Of a DNA stretch of 64,000 bases, positions 1 through 10,165 are shown piece after piece. The notes below the pieces were generated by a model. The model saw only the letters and a program-made list of their open reading frames with translations, did no database searches and was not told the origin of the DNA. The position numbers and the translations under genes are program-made. Source of the DNA: Opitutales bacterium (lineage in GTDB: Bacteria; Verrucomicrobiota; Verrucomicrobiia; Opitutales; Coraliomargaritaceae); contig JBMYNR010000001.1 in assembly GCA_049598495.1 (NCBI GenBank), forward strand, positions 1-64,000, given 5' to 3'. How positions within the stretch are numbered: the first letter of the stretch is position 1; every line of letters starts with the position of its first letter.

Positions 1-463
1 TCACCAAAAGTAATCGCATCGGTCGGACAAACCTGTTGGCAGGCTGTCTTGATCGAGCAATCTGAACGTTTGACCAAAATATCCGACGCAATGCAGCAAG
101 TCAGTGGCGTCGGCAAGGTGACCGCATGGACGATCCTCGCCTACCTGCCCGAAATCGGTCAGGTCAAAAGGGGGCAGCTCGCAGCGCTGGTCGGAGTGGC
201 GCCGTTCAACCGAGATAGCGGAGATAAGAAAGGGAAACGATACATACAAGCTGGGCGAGCGAAAGTCAGGCGTTGCCTGTTCTTAGCTACCAGAACAGCC
301 GCAATCCACAATCCGGTTATCAAGGCCTATGTTGCTAGGCTCATACACGAAGAAGGAAAACATTATCTACAAGCGATTACCGCTGCGATGAGAAAGCTCG
401 TCATCCACCTCAACATTATCGTCAAAAATTTAGATTATGAGCTTGTTTGAGACACAGTTGCTC
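1..463 (+). mobile_element. IS110-family transposase, C-terminal fragment (stop at 450) plus short right end
   Basis: VSGVGKVTA...LAALVGVAPFNRDSG...GRAKVRRCLF...AAMRKL is the IS110 C-terminal domain; ends with GACACAGTTGCT just after the stop. 5' part is outside the window or truncated. Confidence 0.88.
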
Positions 464-507
464 TAAAGCTCTGAGTCAGAGAAAGGGCATCATTTTTAAC
501 CGTATAT

Positions 508-1437
508 TTAGGCGAAATCTTCGGTGAGTAGGAGCTCGCAGTCGCCGGTGGCGACGAAATCGAAACTTTGCGCGGCCGGGAGTAGGGCGTTGGCACTGGT
601 CGGGATGGTCGAACCATCCGCCTCCTTTAGTTCGCCGGAGACGAGGCTGAGAATACGGGGTGCGCCTGCCTCGAAATTGAGCGAATCGCCTGCCTTGAGG
701 CAGATCTTCTTGAGTGTGAAGACATCGCTCTCGGCGAGTCGTTGATTACCGGATACGGGTTTGAGAGTTTTCGGTTCGAAGTCGTTGAAGTCGGTGCTTT
801 TGAGCGACTCCTCGATATGCAGCTGGCGTGGTGTGCCGTCGAGTCCGACGCGGCCCCAGTCGTAGACACGGTAGGTGGTGTCGGAATTTTGCTGAATCTC
901 GAGGATCAGATTCCCGCCGCCAATTGCATGGATCCGACCGCTGGGAATGAAGATGGATTCACCGGCGGTCACATGCATGGTATGCACGAGCGGCTCGAGA
1001 TCGTTGCTCTTGAGGCCCGCTTCGAAGTCTTCGCGACGGACGCCTTTCTTGAGGCCCGCCATCAGGGTCGCGTGCGGTTCCGCGTGGGCAATGTACCAGT
1101 TCTCCGTCTTGGGTTCGCCGTTCAGCTCGGGTGCGACCGCAGCCGGTGGGTGAACCTGCAGGCTGAGCTTCTCCTGGCAGTCGAGCCATTTAACGAGAAT
1201 GGGGAAGGGCTTATCCGCCGGCCAGCCCGCGCCCATGATACCCTCGGGGTCGGCGCTGATGAGTTCCCGAAGGGTCTTGCCATCGGCAGTGGTCGATTGT
1301 GCCTCGGGGCGGTCGACCATCTCCCAGCTTTCGCCGATGACCTTGCCCTCGGGCAGTTCTCGGCCGAGTTGGGTGGCAAAGCCTGTGCCGCCCCAGACGC
1401 GTTCCTGGTAGATCGGTTCGAAAAGGTATGACTTCAT
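508..1437 (-). CDS. manA: Mannose-6-phosphate isomerase, class I
   Basis: VWGG, IGESWE, LSLQVHP, KTENWY, HAIG, EIQQNSDTTYRVYDW motifs. Confidence 0.9.
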   Translation of the reverse strand: MKSYLFEPIYQERVWGGTGFATQLGRELPEGKVIGESWEMVDRPEAQSTTADGKTLRELISADPEGIMGAGWPADKPFPILVKWLDCQEKLSLQVHPPAAVAPELNGEPKTENWYIAHAEPHATLMAGLKKGVRREDFEAGLKSNDLEPLVHTMHVTAGESIFIPSGRIHAIGGGNLILEIQQNSDTTYRVYDWGRVGLDGTPRQLHIEESLKSTDFNDFEPKTLKPVSGNQRLAESDVFTLKKICLKAGDSLNFEAGAPRILSLVSGELKEADGSTIPTSANALLPAAQSFDFVATGDCELLLTEDFA

Positions 1438-1589
1438 ATTCTGTTGAGCTTTGGGTTGTTCATTAGAAAAAGTCCAGCGTTCAGTGGAAGCACTGCATGC
1501 TCTAAGCTTGCTCTGATTTCTGAAATGGTCTCAATGCCAATGTTCCGGGCACTGAATGTGACCCGCAACTACCAATCTTATATCTCACC

Positions 1590-2339
1590 ATGTCAGGACA
1601 TAGTAAATGGGCCACCATCAAGCGCGCCAAGGGCGCGGCCGACGCGAAGCGCGGTAAGATTTTCTCCGTTCTCAGCAAGGACATCACCCTCGCGGCTCGC
1701 GATGGCGGGGGCGACCCGGGCTTCAATCCGCGTCTGAGGACCTGTATCGCCAAGGCCAAGGCCCAGAATATGCCGGCCGATAATATCGACCGCGCGATTA
1801 AGAAGGGCACAGGCGAGCTGCCTGGTGTGACTTACGAGGAAATCGTCTACGAGGGCTACGGAGCTGCCGGCGTCGGGATCATTGTCGAGATCACGACGGA
1901 TAATAAGAATCGTTCCGCCTCCGAAGTGCGCAGCACCATGAGCAAGAATGGTGGCAACCTCGCGGGGGTCGGTGCGGTGGCCTTCCAGTTTGACCGCAAG
2001 GGGCAGTTCATCATCGATGCGAAGCAGATTGAAGAGGAGTCGCTCATGGATCTCGCACTCGAAGCGGGTGCTGAGGATATCAAGAACGAGGGCGACCACT
2101 ACGAAGTGATTTGCCCGATGAGTGAATACGATAACCTCTCCCAGGCCTTGGAGGAGAAGGAAGTGGAGACGGAGTCGTCCGAATTGGCCTATCTCCCGAA
2201 TATCATGGTGCCGGTTGAGGATAAGGATTCCGCCCGTAAGGTGCTCCACCTGATTGATGCGCTGGACGATCTGGAAGATGTGAAGGCCGTCCATCACAAT
2301 ATGGAATTCGCCGACGACCTGCTCGAAACGGACGACTAG
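1590..2339 (+). CDS. yebC: YebC/PmpR family protein
   Basis: MSGHSKWATIKRAK, NPRLR, YEGYG, TDNKNRS motifs. Confidence 0.96.
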   Translation: MSGHSKWATIKRAKGAADAKRGKIFSVLSKDITLAARDGGGDPGFNPRLRTCIAKAKAQNMPADNIDRAIKKGTGELPGVTYEEIVYEGYGAAGVGIIVEITTDNKNRSASEVRSTMSKNGGNLAGVGAVAFQFDRKGQFIIDAKQIEEESLMDLALEAGAEDIKNEGDHYEVICPMSEYDNLSQALEEKEVETESSELAYLPNIMVPVEDKDSARKVLHLIDALDDLEDVKAVHHNMEFADDLLETDD

Positions 2340-2648
2340 CTGTGCACTTTTGTAGAACGCTGGCGACAGCCAGTGTTGGAATGTCGGGAAGGGTTCTTAC
2401 AACGGCTATCGCCGTCGTGCTACCGTAAGTTCGCCGACGACCTGCTCGAAACGGACGACTAGCCGCGCACTTTTGTAGAACGCTGACGACGGAGCACGGC
2501 CGTGCGTAGATGGCGAAGCCCGAAGGGAGAATGAATCGGGCGCCCCTTTGGCAGCTGAATGAACACAGCCAGTGTTGGTATGTCGGGAAGGCTTCTTACA
2601 ACGGCTGACGCCGTCGTGCTACCGTAAATTTGCTGACGACCTACTCGA
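2307..2648. repeat. Tandem BIME-like array: yebC 3' end plus REP doublet, about 2.2 units
   Basis: TTCGCCGACGACCTGCTCGA starts at 2307 and 2430, with a diverged copy at 2629; periods 123 and 199 bp; each full unit holds GTAGAACGCTG...GTGCTAC. Confidence 0.92.
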
Positions 2649-2721
2649 TGAAGGGTAAAAACCGCTTGCAAACGGAGGGCAGGGCAACCAATCTAAACGA
2701 TATTAAGTTTAAACCCCGTAA

Positions 2722-2979
2722 ATGATGACGAAAAAGTTTTTTGCTCTTCTTGCCCTTTCAGCAGCCGTATTATTTTTCACTGGCTGCGGCGGTGGTTCTG
2801 CTCAAATGGGCCCAAAGGAGGCGCATCTACTCGGCATCGCGAAGGTGGAAAAGGATAACTACGAGCCCACGAGTGTGGCTACTTTCGAGGTGAGCACGGA
2901 CGAGTTGTATACCCGAAAGAATTTTAGTGGCAATAAGGTCACGCTACTCTGGGGCTTGATCACGCTTAAGGACTACTAG
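2722..2979 (+). CDS. Small putative lipoprotein, unknown function
   Basis: KK, hydrophobic stretch and lipobox FTGC; followed by an intrinsic terminator. Confidence 0.75.
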   Translation: MMTKKFFALLALSAAVLFFTGCGGGSAQMGPKEAHLLGIAKVEKDNYEPTSVATFEVSTDELYTRKNFSGNKVTLLWGLITLKDY

Positions 2980-3001
2980 GCCCTCCGAAATATTTTTTAT
3001 G

Positions 3002-3037
3002 ACCGCCTCGATAGATTCACTACGAGGCGGTTTTTTT
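3002..3037 (+). terminator. Intrinsic terminator
   Basis: ACCGCCTCG...CGAGGCGGT stem followed by a T run. Confidence 0.8.
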
Positions 3038-3050
3038 GTGTGCTCTAGCT

Positions 3051-3264
3051 CGGGCGCCGCAAGCGACGCCCCTACGATTTTTTTCGTTACGGAACGTTCG
3101 AAAAGCAATGAATGGTAGCGGCGTTCGTCCCTGAACGCCATGCGGCCTTAAGCAGCGTCTTCATCCATAGATTCTGAACGGGTTCCAAAGGTAGGGACGC
3201 CTGCCCTCAGGCGTCCAAGATACTTGCAAGGCGCGGCGGACGCCTGGAGGGCAGGCGTCCCTGC
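3051..3264. repeat. Cluster of REP-like palindromes (GTAG class)
   Basis: GTAG plus hairpin at 3051-3075 (-), 3115-3139 (+), 3191-3216 (+) with inverted partner 3238-3264. Confidence 0.8.
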
Positions 3265-3372
3265 CTTTTCGAGCAGACCTTCAGCAATCCGGATGAGCGA
3301 GACCAGACTCCGCCTATTCACTCGGATTTTATAGATTGCCAGCCTAGCGGGAAATTCCAGACACTGTATAAG

Positions 3373-4359
3373 ATGTCGGATACAAATATGGAAAGTTTGC
3401 AAATAGGGCGGGATGCCATGCGTGCTGAGGCGGCCGCCATTGAGCTTGCGGCTGCTCGACTAAACGAGTCCTTTGACGAGGCGGTTCGACTGATCCTATC
3501 GGCATCAAGCAAGCTAGTGGTCTGCGGGATCGGCAAGTCCGGCCACATCGGGGCGAAGCTGGCCGCCACCTTCTCCAGCAGCGGGACGCCCTCGGTCTTT
3601 CTCCACGCGGCCGAGGCTATCCACGGGGATCTTGGGGTCTATCAACCGGGGGACCCTACCATTGTCCTCTCAAAGAGTGGCAGCACGGCTGAAGTGATTC
3701 GCTTGCTGCCTCTGTTTAAAAAGTTTGAATCGCCCATCATTGCGATCGTGGGGAACACGGACTCGCCCATCGCGGAGGCCGCCGATGTGGTGATTGATGC
3801 CAGTGTCGAGAAAGAGGCAGATCCGCTGAACCTGATGCCCACGGCAAGCTCCACCGTGAGTCTGGCCATCGGGGATGCGCTCGCGTCGGCTCTGGCGAAG
3901 GCACGTGATTTTACGGCGGAGGAGTTTGCCACCTTTCATCCGGGCGGGCAACTCGGGCGCAACTTGCTGATGACGGTCGGCGAGGTCATGCACCCGATCG
4001 AACGGGTGGCTTGTGCACAAAAGAGTGAGACCCTGCGTGAGGTGGTCATCCGGATGACGCAGGCACCGCTTGGTGCGGCCTGTGTGGCCTCTCCGGATCA
4101 GGACTTGGAGGGCATTATAACAGACGGTGATATCCGGCGTATCCTTTCCTCCGACGGCGATATCCTCGCGCGCGAGGTAGGGGCCTGCATGACGCCGTCG
4201 CCCATCTCGGCGCACCCGGGCATGTCTCTGGGGGAGGCGGTGCGTATTATGGAAGACCGGCCCTCGCAGATCTCCGTGCTGCCCGTGGTCGAAGACGGCT
4301 CCAGGAAGTTGATTGGCCTGCTCCGTCTACACGACGTCTACCAGCCGAGCTTTTCTTAG
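3373..4359 (+). CDS. kdsD: Arabinose-5-phosphate isomerase, KpsF/GutQ family (SIS plus 2 CBS)
   Basis: GIGKSGHIG, EAIHGDLG, FHPGGQLG, GIITDGDIRR. Confidence 0.93.
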   Translation: MSDTNMESLQIGRDAMRAEAAAIELAAARLNESFDEAVRLILSASSKLVVCGIGKSGHIGAKLAATFSSSGTPSVFLHAAEAIHGDLGVYQPGDPTIVLSKSGSTAEVIRLLPLFKKFESPIIAIVGNTDSPIAEAADVVIDASVEKEADPLNLMPTASSTVSLAIGDALASALAKARDFTAEEFATFHPGGQLGRNLLMTVGEVMHPIERVACAQKSETLREVVIRMTQAPLGAACVASPDQDLEGIITDGDIRRILSSDGDILAREVGACMTPSPISAHPGMSLGEAVRIMEDRPSQISVLPVVEDGSRKLIGLLRLHDVYQPSFS

Positions 4360-4369
4360 CTCCAGTTCG

Positions 4370-4622
4370 GTAGGGCGTGCTCGCCGAGCACGCCGCCCTT
4401 CAAGCACGATCAGGTTGCCGGATGTCTGTGCCATAGAGTTTGACTCGGCTAGCAAAGGTAGGGACGGCTGCCCTCAGCCGTCCGCTTTGTGGCTGATGGA
4501 GGGACAGCGTCCACGCTGTCCACATACGATGATTCTCTTGGTGGACGCCGAGTATGGCGTCTTGTCCAAATTTGGACGACCACACCGACTGCCGAACGGC
4601 GTTCTTGGCAAGGCCGCCCTAC
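4370..4622. repeat. Nested REP-like cluster between convergent genes
   Basis: Outer inverted pair GTAGGGCG (4370) / CGCCCTAC (ends 4622) encloses GTAGGGACGG (4458) and GGAGGGACAG (4498) hairpins. Confidence 0.78.
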
Positions 4623-4636
4623 CTAGTGTTGCCGAT

Positions 4637-5497
4637 TCAAGTCTCTGGCTGCTCAAGAAAGCGTTCGGTCAGGCACTTTACGATGTAATCGTGGGCCTCT
4701 TCGACGGTGTCGACCACGCGAAAGAGTTCCACATCCTCGGGTGAAATGGTGCCCCATTTAATCAGGGCGTCGAAATCGACCACGGAGTTCCAGAATTCGC
4801 TGCCGAAGAGGACAATGGGTGGCACCTTTGAGATCTTTTTTGTCTGCACCAGAGTGAGGACTTCAAACAATTCATCAAGGGTGCCGAAACCGCCGGGGAA
4901 AGCCACCAGTGCCTTGGCCAGGAGAACGAACCAATAATTACGCACGAAGAAGTAGTGAAACTCAAATTTCAGGTCCTCCGGGATATATTCATTCACACTT
5001 TGTTCAAAGGGTAGACTGATGCCGAGACCGATCGATTTACCACCTGCTTGTTGAGCTCCTCGGTTTGCGGCCTCCATGATTCCGGGGCCACCCCCAGAGC
5101 AGATCAGGAAGCGACGCTTATGGTCTTGATGGAGGTTCATGGACCAGCGGGTAAGAGACTCGGAGAGTTTCACGGCAGCCTCATAGTAGGGGGCTGCTTC
5201 AAGGTGGGAGAGGGCGGCGTGAAGTTTCCGTTGCTCTTCTTTTGTCGGATTGTCCGGGTCCACGATCGCGGCGCGGACCTCGTCCAAATCCTTATTTGCC
5301 CGGTCCAGCGGCTTGATCCTGGCAGAACCGAAAAGCACGACCGTGTCCTCGACGTTTTCCTCCGCAAAACGTAGTCCGGGTTCGGTCATCTCGCAGAGCA
5401 CCCGGATATTACGGGCGGCCTCACTATTCAGGAAATCAAGATTCTTGTAGGCCTTGAGCGGCCATTCATCTCGGGAGCAATCACGGGGTCGACTCAT
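4637..5497 (-). CDS. LOG family protein (nucleotide monophosphate nucleosidase-like)
   Basis: VLFGSAR, SGGGPGIMEAANRGA, PGGFGTLDE. Confidence 0.9.
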   Translation of the reverse strand: MSRPRDCSRDEWPLKAYKNLDFLNSEAARNIRVLCEMTEPGLRFAEENVEDTVVLFGSARIKPLDRANKDLDEVRAAIVDPDNPTKEEQRKLHAALSHLEAAPYYEAAVKLSESLTRWSMNLHQDHKRRFLICSGGGPGIMEAANRGAQQAGGKSIGLGISLPFEQSVNEYIPEDLKFEFHYFFVRNYWFVLLAKALVAFPGGFGTLDELFEVLTLVQTKKISKVPPIVLFGSEFWNSVVDFDALIKWGTISPEDVELFRVVDTVEEAHDYIVKCLTERFLEQPET

Positions 5498-5603
5498 ATG
5501 TATATGGGCTTATTTGGAGGTGGAATGACTGTGTCTCTCATCATAGAAACAGAGAATGGATCGAATGGCAAATTGAAGAAAACTCTGGCCCGATGGGCCC
5601 GCT

Positions 5604-7385
5604 TTATGTGTTTCCAAAGCGGCGCTCCCATTCGCCCCAGCTGATCTCGCTGAAGGTCGGTTTCCCCGAAGGCGAGGTATGGGGCGTGTTGCAAAGGAGA
5701 AGGTCCTCTGCGAGTTGTTGAACGGCCGCTTCGCTCAGTGAGTCATTTCGGCGAAAGCTACCATCGACGGCAAGCTTGGCGACCGATTCCCAGATGAGCT
5801 CGCCTTTTTGACGTGAGCTGCCCCGCTGCCGGAATAGATCGATCATATCGCGGACAAAGGTCTCGGCTCGCTCCTGCTCGAGCCAGGAGGGGATTGCTTC
5901 TATACGAAAGAAATTACGGCCGAATGCTTCGATCCGAAAGCCCTGTCGATTGATCCGTTCAAGATGGGATAGGAGGGCTTCAGAAGCCAGTGGCTCCAGT
6001 TCTATGGGAATGGGAATGAGCAGACCCTGACTGGGTGGTGTGCTTGCCTGGTAGCCTTCCAGAATACGTTCGAAGCGGACGCGCTGATCCGCGTGACGGA
6101 TGTGCAGCATGATCAGTCCCCTGGGGCCATCGAAGAGGGCATACTGCTTTCGAAGTAGGGAAATGAGGCGCCACTGGGCCTCCGGCCGGTCCGCTTTCTC
6201 GGCCGGATTTGTTTCGGGGGCAGCAGAGATGGCGGCTGTGTCTGCAGTTGCGGCTTTAGGGATCGCTCGCGATGCCTGCGGCGGCGCCTCTTCGGAGGGC
6301 AGTTGAATTGCCGGGCTGACTTTAGGGGGGGCGGTCTCGACGGGGGCTACCGGAATGCTCGCTACCGAAGTGGGTAGGACGGCGGGTTCGCTGTGTTTGC
6401 TGAGGGTTTCGGTGATGGCACCGAGAACGAATCGCCGGATCAAACCTTCGTTCCGGAAACGGACTTCCCGCTTGGCCGGGTGGACATTGACATCGACTTC
6501 GCCCGGCTCGATTTCGAGAAAGAGGAAAGCGGGCGGGTAGCGCCCCTTTTGGATCCGTCCATGATAGGCATCCAGCACCGCAAAGCCAAGTGTGCGGCTG
6601 TCCACGGGTCGACGGTTCACCAGTGTGACCAGTTCTCTCCGTGTCGATCGTCCCACGCCCGGTTTGGCTGTCAGACCGCTAATCCGGAGGCCGCTCTCCG
6701 GATCGCTGGCCTCGACTGGAATGAGGTCATCCGCCAGACGGCGCCCCCAGATTTCAGCGATACGGTCGCGTAGATTCTCGCAGGCGGGTGATTGAAACAC
6801 GGTGCGGCCGCTCTCGAGCACACGGAAGGCGACGTTTGGATGTGCGACAGCGAAGAGCCGCGAGTTGTAAGTGATATGAGCGGTCTCCGTAGAATCGGTC
6901 TTGAGAAATTTCCGCCGGGCCGGGACGGAATTGAAGAGCTGGGCGACTTCGATCACCGTGCCCACCGGCATGCCGCAATCCTTCTTCTCCAGTAATTTTC
7001 CGCCGTTGATTTTGATTTCGGTTCCGTGTGCCCAGCCCTCGGCCCGTGTCCGGAGGGTGAAGCGTGAGACCGAGGCAATGGAGGGCAGGGCCTCCCCGCG
7101 GAAACCAAAGCTGGAGACCTCATTGAGATCGGCAGCCTCACGTATTTTACTCGTCGCATGACGTTCCAGAGAGAGCATTGCCTCGTCAGGACTCATGCCT
7201 CGACCATTATCTTCGACTCGGATGTAGGATTTGCCGCCGTTGCGAAACTCGATTTCAATCCGGTTCGCGCCGGCATCGATGCTGTTTTCGACCAGCTCCT
7301 TGATCACGGCCACGGGCCGCTCAATCACCTCGCCCGCGGCGATCTGGTTGGCGACTCGGTCGGGAAGTATACGAATCGAAGACAT
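5604..7385 (-). CDS. mutL: DNA mismatch repair protein MutL
   Basis: [44 protein letters not shown]; start placed at MSSIRIL. Confidence 0.96.
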   Translation of the reverse strand: MSSIRILPDRVANQIAAGEVIERPVAVIKELVENSIDAGANRIEIEFRNGGKSYIRVEDNGRGMSPDEAMLSLERHATSKIREAADLNEVSSFGFRGEALPSIASVSRFTLRTRAEGWAHGTEIKINGGKLLEKKDCGMPVGTVIEVAQLFNSVPARRKFLKTDSTETAHITYNSRLFAVAHPNVAFRVLESGRTVFQSPACENLRDRIAEIWGRRLADDLIPVEASDPESGLRISGLTAKPGVGRSTRRELVTLVNRRPVDSRTLGFAVLDAYHGRIQKGRYPPAFLFLEIEPGEVDVNVHPAKREVRFRNEGLIRRFVLGAITETLSKHSEPAVLPTSVASIPVAPVETAPPKVSPAIQLPSEEAPPQASRAIPKAATADTAAISAAPETNPAEKADRPEAQWRLISLLRKQYALFDGPRGLIMLHIRHADQRVRFERILEGYQASTPPSQGLLIPIPIELEPLASEALLSHLERINRQGFRIEAFGRNFFRIEAIPSWLEQERAETFVRDMIDLFRQRGSSRQKGELIWESVAKLAVDGSFRRNDSLSEAAVQQLAEDLLLCNTPHTSPSGKPTFSEISWGEWERRFGNT

Positions 7386-7500
7386 GCGATGATAAAACCC
7401 AAAGTCTTGGGGCCGAGTGCCCGCCCTGCAAAGCAATTCCTTAGGATTCGCGCAGTCCTTCTCGTTCAGAGGGAACTGTACTAGGCGCTGCATCTAGGGC

Positions 7501-7783
7501 GGACCGTGAGGACACGGTCCCTCCAGAGGGAATCGCGCAGTCGCTCCTTGGAGTGCCGCCGTGCTACGAGGATCGCTTTGCGCCGCGCTTGGTAGGACGC
7601 TGGCGACGGAGCACGTTAGTGCGTATGGCGAAGCCCGAAGGGAGAATGAGGTGGGCCCCTTGGGCAGCTGAATGAACACAGCCAGTGTAGGTAGGCCGAG
7701 ACGATTCCTCACAACGGCTGTCGCCGCCGTGCTACGAGGATCGCTTTACGCCGTGCTTGGTAGGACGCTGGCGATAGCCAGTG
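7501..7783. repeat. GGAG-class REP plus tandem BIME-like REP array
   Basis: GGAG REP at 7501-7524; GTGCTACGAGGATCGCTTT...GTAGGACGCTGGCGA repeated at 7561 and 7729 (period 168). Confidence 0.88.
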
Positions 7784-7797
7784 TCATCTCGCCTTGG

Positions 7798-8028
7798 TCA
7801 GGCCAACAACACGCCCGAGGACGAGTCCTCGGGAGATTCGCCGGTTTCGAGAATATCGCTCTCTATCGTGCCCGCAAAGGTCCTCAAATCCCTGGTTAGT
7901 TATGCGTTTTGCAGGCTCATCATGACTCCTTTGAGCGCGGGCACGGCGATGGCGGTTAGTAGGCTGATGAACACGACGACGATCATGATTTCGACCAAGG
8001 TAAATCCGGACTTGTGGTTTCGATCCAT
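7798..8028 (-). pseudogene. Type IV pilin-like (prepilin N-methylation domain) pseudogene
   Basis: Manual translation MDRNHKSG|FTLVEIMIVVVFISLLTAIAVPALKGVMMSLQNA*LTRDLRTFAGTIESDILETGESPEDSSSGVLLA*; in-frame TAA at 7900-7902. Confidence 0.82.
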
Positions 8029-8127
8029 GGCTTGCAGTAACGACAGGGGAAGATAACAATACAGCGGTTGCTACGAGTTCCGATCCGAGCTTACTTAAGA
8101 TTTCTTAAATTATTTACAAACAACGAC

Positions 8128-10134
8128 ATGCCAAACAAACTTTCTACGGAGAATAGCCTCTATCTCTTACAGCATGCCTCAAATCCCGTTGACTGGCAGC
8201 CATGGGGCGAAGAGGCCTTTGAGATGGCCGCCGCGGAGAACAAACCGCTTTTGGTATCGATTGGTTACTCTGCTTGCCACTGGTGTCATGTCATGGCGCA
8301 CGAGTCCTTCGAGGATGATTACATCGCGGGAATCATGAACAAACACTTCGTTTGCGTGAAGGTTGATCGTGAGGAGCGCCCGGATGTAGATCAGGTTTAC
8401 ATGGAAGCGGTGCAGATGATTCAGCAACAGGGTGGCTGGCCTTTGAACGTATTTTGCCTGCCCGATGGTCGTCCGTTTTTTGGGGGCACGTATTTCCCGG
8501 CGGAAGATCGGGGGCAGGGTATCATTCCCTGGCCTCAGCTCTGTATGCGGATTGCCGACTACTACAAGCGCTCGAATGAGGAGTTGGTCGAAAATGCAGA
8601 GGCGATTCAAAAGAACATCTTGGCGGGCACTCAGGCAGCCAGCACTGGGGGGGGCTCCGGGGCATGGTCGCCGGAGATACTGGCAGAGGCTGTGCAGGGG
8701 ATCTGCGGGAATCATGATGCTCAATATGGTGGCTTCGGGGCCGCGCCGAAATTCCCTCCGTCGATGACGCTCAATTTCCTGCGAGCACTCCGATCGCAGG
8801 TGGAGGATGATTCGGCTGAGCGGATCAACGCGGTTTGCCGCACCACGCTGCGCGCGATGGCTCACGGTGGACTCTACGACCAGTTTGGTGGTGGCTTTGC
8901 CCGTTATAGTGTCGATGCCCATTGGCTCATTCCGCATTTCGAGAAGATGCTCTATGATAATGCACTATTGATCGATGCCTACACCCGCGCTTGGCTTGAT
9001 CAACAGGAGCCCCTCTACGCTGCCGTGGTCGAGGAAACCGTTGCATGGCTGGAACGCGAAATGTCGGCCCCGGAGGGCGGCTTTTATGCGGCACTTGACG
9101 CCGACACCGAGGGTGAGGAGGGGCGCTACTACGTCTGGACACCCGAGGAAGTGGATTCGGTTCTCGGGCCGTCCCTCGCTCGCGAGGTTCGGGCGGCTTA
9201 CAATATCACGCCAGAAGGCAACTTTGAGAACGGCCGCAGTAACCCGGCACTGGTGGAGGCTGATTTTTCTATCCGCGAGACACTCGCTGATGCGCGTCGC
9301 CAACTTCGCGAGTATCGTGAGGCGGAGCGGGTGGCTCCCGGGCGCGATACCAAGATCAGTACGATGTGGAACGCGATGACGATTCGTGCGCTTGCTGATG
9401 CAGGTTTCTATTTCGACCGGCCAGAGTGGACGGAGCGGGCCCGCAAGGCGGCCGACTTCCTGTGGGACAATCTGGTGGTCGAGCAGGAGGACGGTATCCT
9501 GCTAAAAGCGGTCTATTACGAAAACGGCGGCGCGAAGATCGACGGTTTCCTGCATGATTATGCGCTCCTCGCTGATGCACTTCTAGCTCTGGCCTCAAAG
9601 ATTGACTGGGTCGATCCGGGGCAGTCCACCCTCTACCTCGAGCGGGCAAAGGCCTGCCTCGATGCAGCCATGGAGAAGTTCGGAGATCCCCATATGGTCG
9701 GCTTCTATTTCACCGCGGAGGGAGTGGAGACGCCCGTCGCCCGTCGCAAGGAATGGTTCGATAATGCCACACCCTCAGGGAACTCGGCTATGCTGCATGC
9801 CTTGAGCGGGCTCTATGCGCTGACCGGAGAGGCGGAATACGCCAAGACCTTTGATTCTGTAGTGCCGGCCTATGCAGATTATGCACGCAAGGTCGCCGCA
9901 GGGGTGGCGCACGCCCTTGAGGCGGCCGCCGTGCAGCAATCGGGGATCGTGGTGATTAAGGTCGGCGCCGCCGTCGACCTGCAAGGGCTGCGGGATGCCT
10001 TGTCTGGTAAGGAGTGGCGTCGCACCTTCGTCCTGCGCGATGAAGAAATGCCTGCCGATTCGTATCAACTCTGTCTCGGTACGCAGTGTCTTGCTGCGAC
10101 TAACAGTCTTGAAGAGGTTCTAAAATCGTTCTGA
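8128..10134 (+). CDS. Thioredoxin-domain protein, DUF255/YyaL/SPATA20 family
   Basis: [49 protein letters not shown]; start at MPNKL. Confidence 0.93.
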   Translation: MPNKLSTENSLYLLQHASNPVDWQPWGEEAFEMAAAENKPLLVSIGYSACHWCHVMAHESFEDDYIAGIMNKHFVCVKVDREERPDVDQVYMEAVQMIQQQGGWPLNVFCLPDGRPFFGGTYFPAEDRGQGIIPWPQLCMRIADYYKRSNEELVENAEAIQKNILAGTQAASTGGGSGAWSPEILAEAVQGICGNHDAQYGGFGAAPKFPPSMTLNFLRALRSQVEDDSAERINAVCRTTLRAMAHGGLYDQFGGGFARYSVDAHWLIPHFEKMLYDNALLIDAYTRAWLDQQEPLYAAVVEETVAWLEREMSAPEGGFYAALDADTEGEEGRYYVWTPEEVDSVLGPSLAREVRAAYNITPEGNFENGRSNPALVEADFSIRETLADARRQLREYREAERVAPGRDTKISTMWNAMTIRALADAGFYFDRPEWTERARKAADFLWDNLVVEQEDGILLKAVYYENGGAKIDGFLHDYALLADALLALASKIDWVDPGQSTLYLERAKACLDAAMEKFGDPHMVGFYFTAEGVETPVARRKEWFDNATPSGNSAMLHALSGLYALTGEAEYAKTFDSVVPAYADYARKVAAGVAHALEAAAVQQSGIVVIKVGAAVDLQGLRDALSGKEWRRTFVLRDEEMPADSYQLCLGTQCLAATNSLEEVLKSF

Positions 10135-10165
10135 CTTCTGTATTTTGTTGCCTAACTTCTGAACT

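Noticed and set aside
2545..2570. Hammerhead core in the REP insert (CTGAATGA)
   Set aside because: Spacing differs from CUGANGA and no following stem plus GAAA
2307..2648. CRISPR array
   Set aside because: The intervening segments are themselves homologous REP doublets, not unique spacers, and no cas genes are present
4930..4950. LOG protein reads VRNYW where the family usually has RK
   Set aside because: A single-codon difference that cannot be told from a neutral variant or read error
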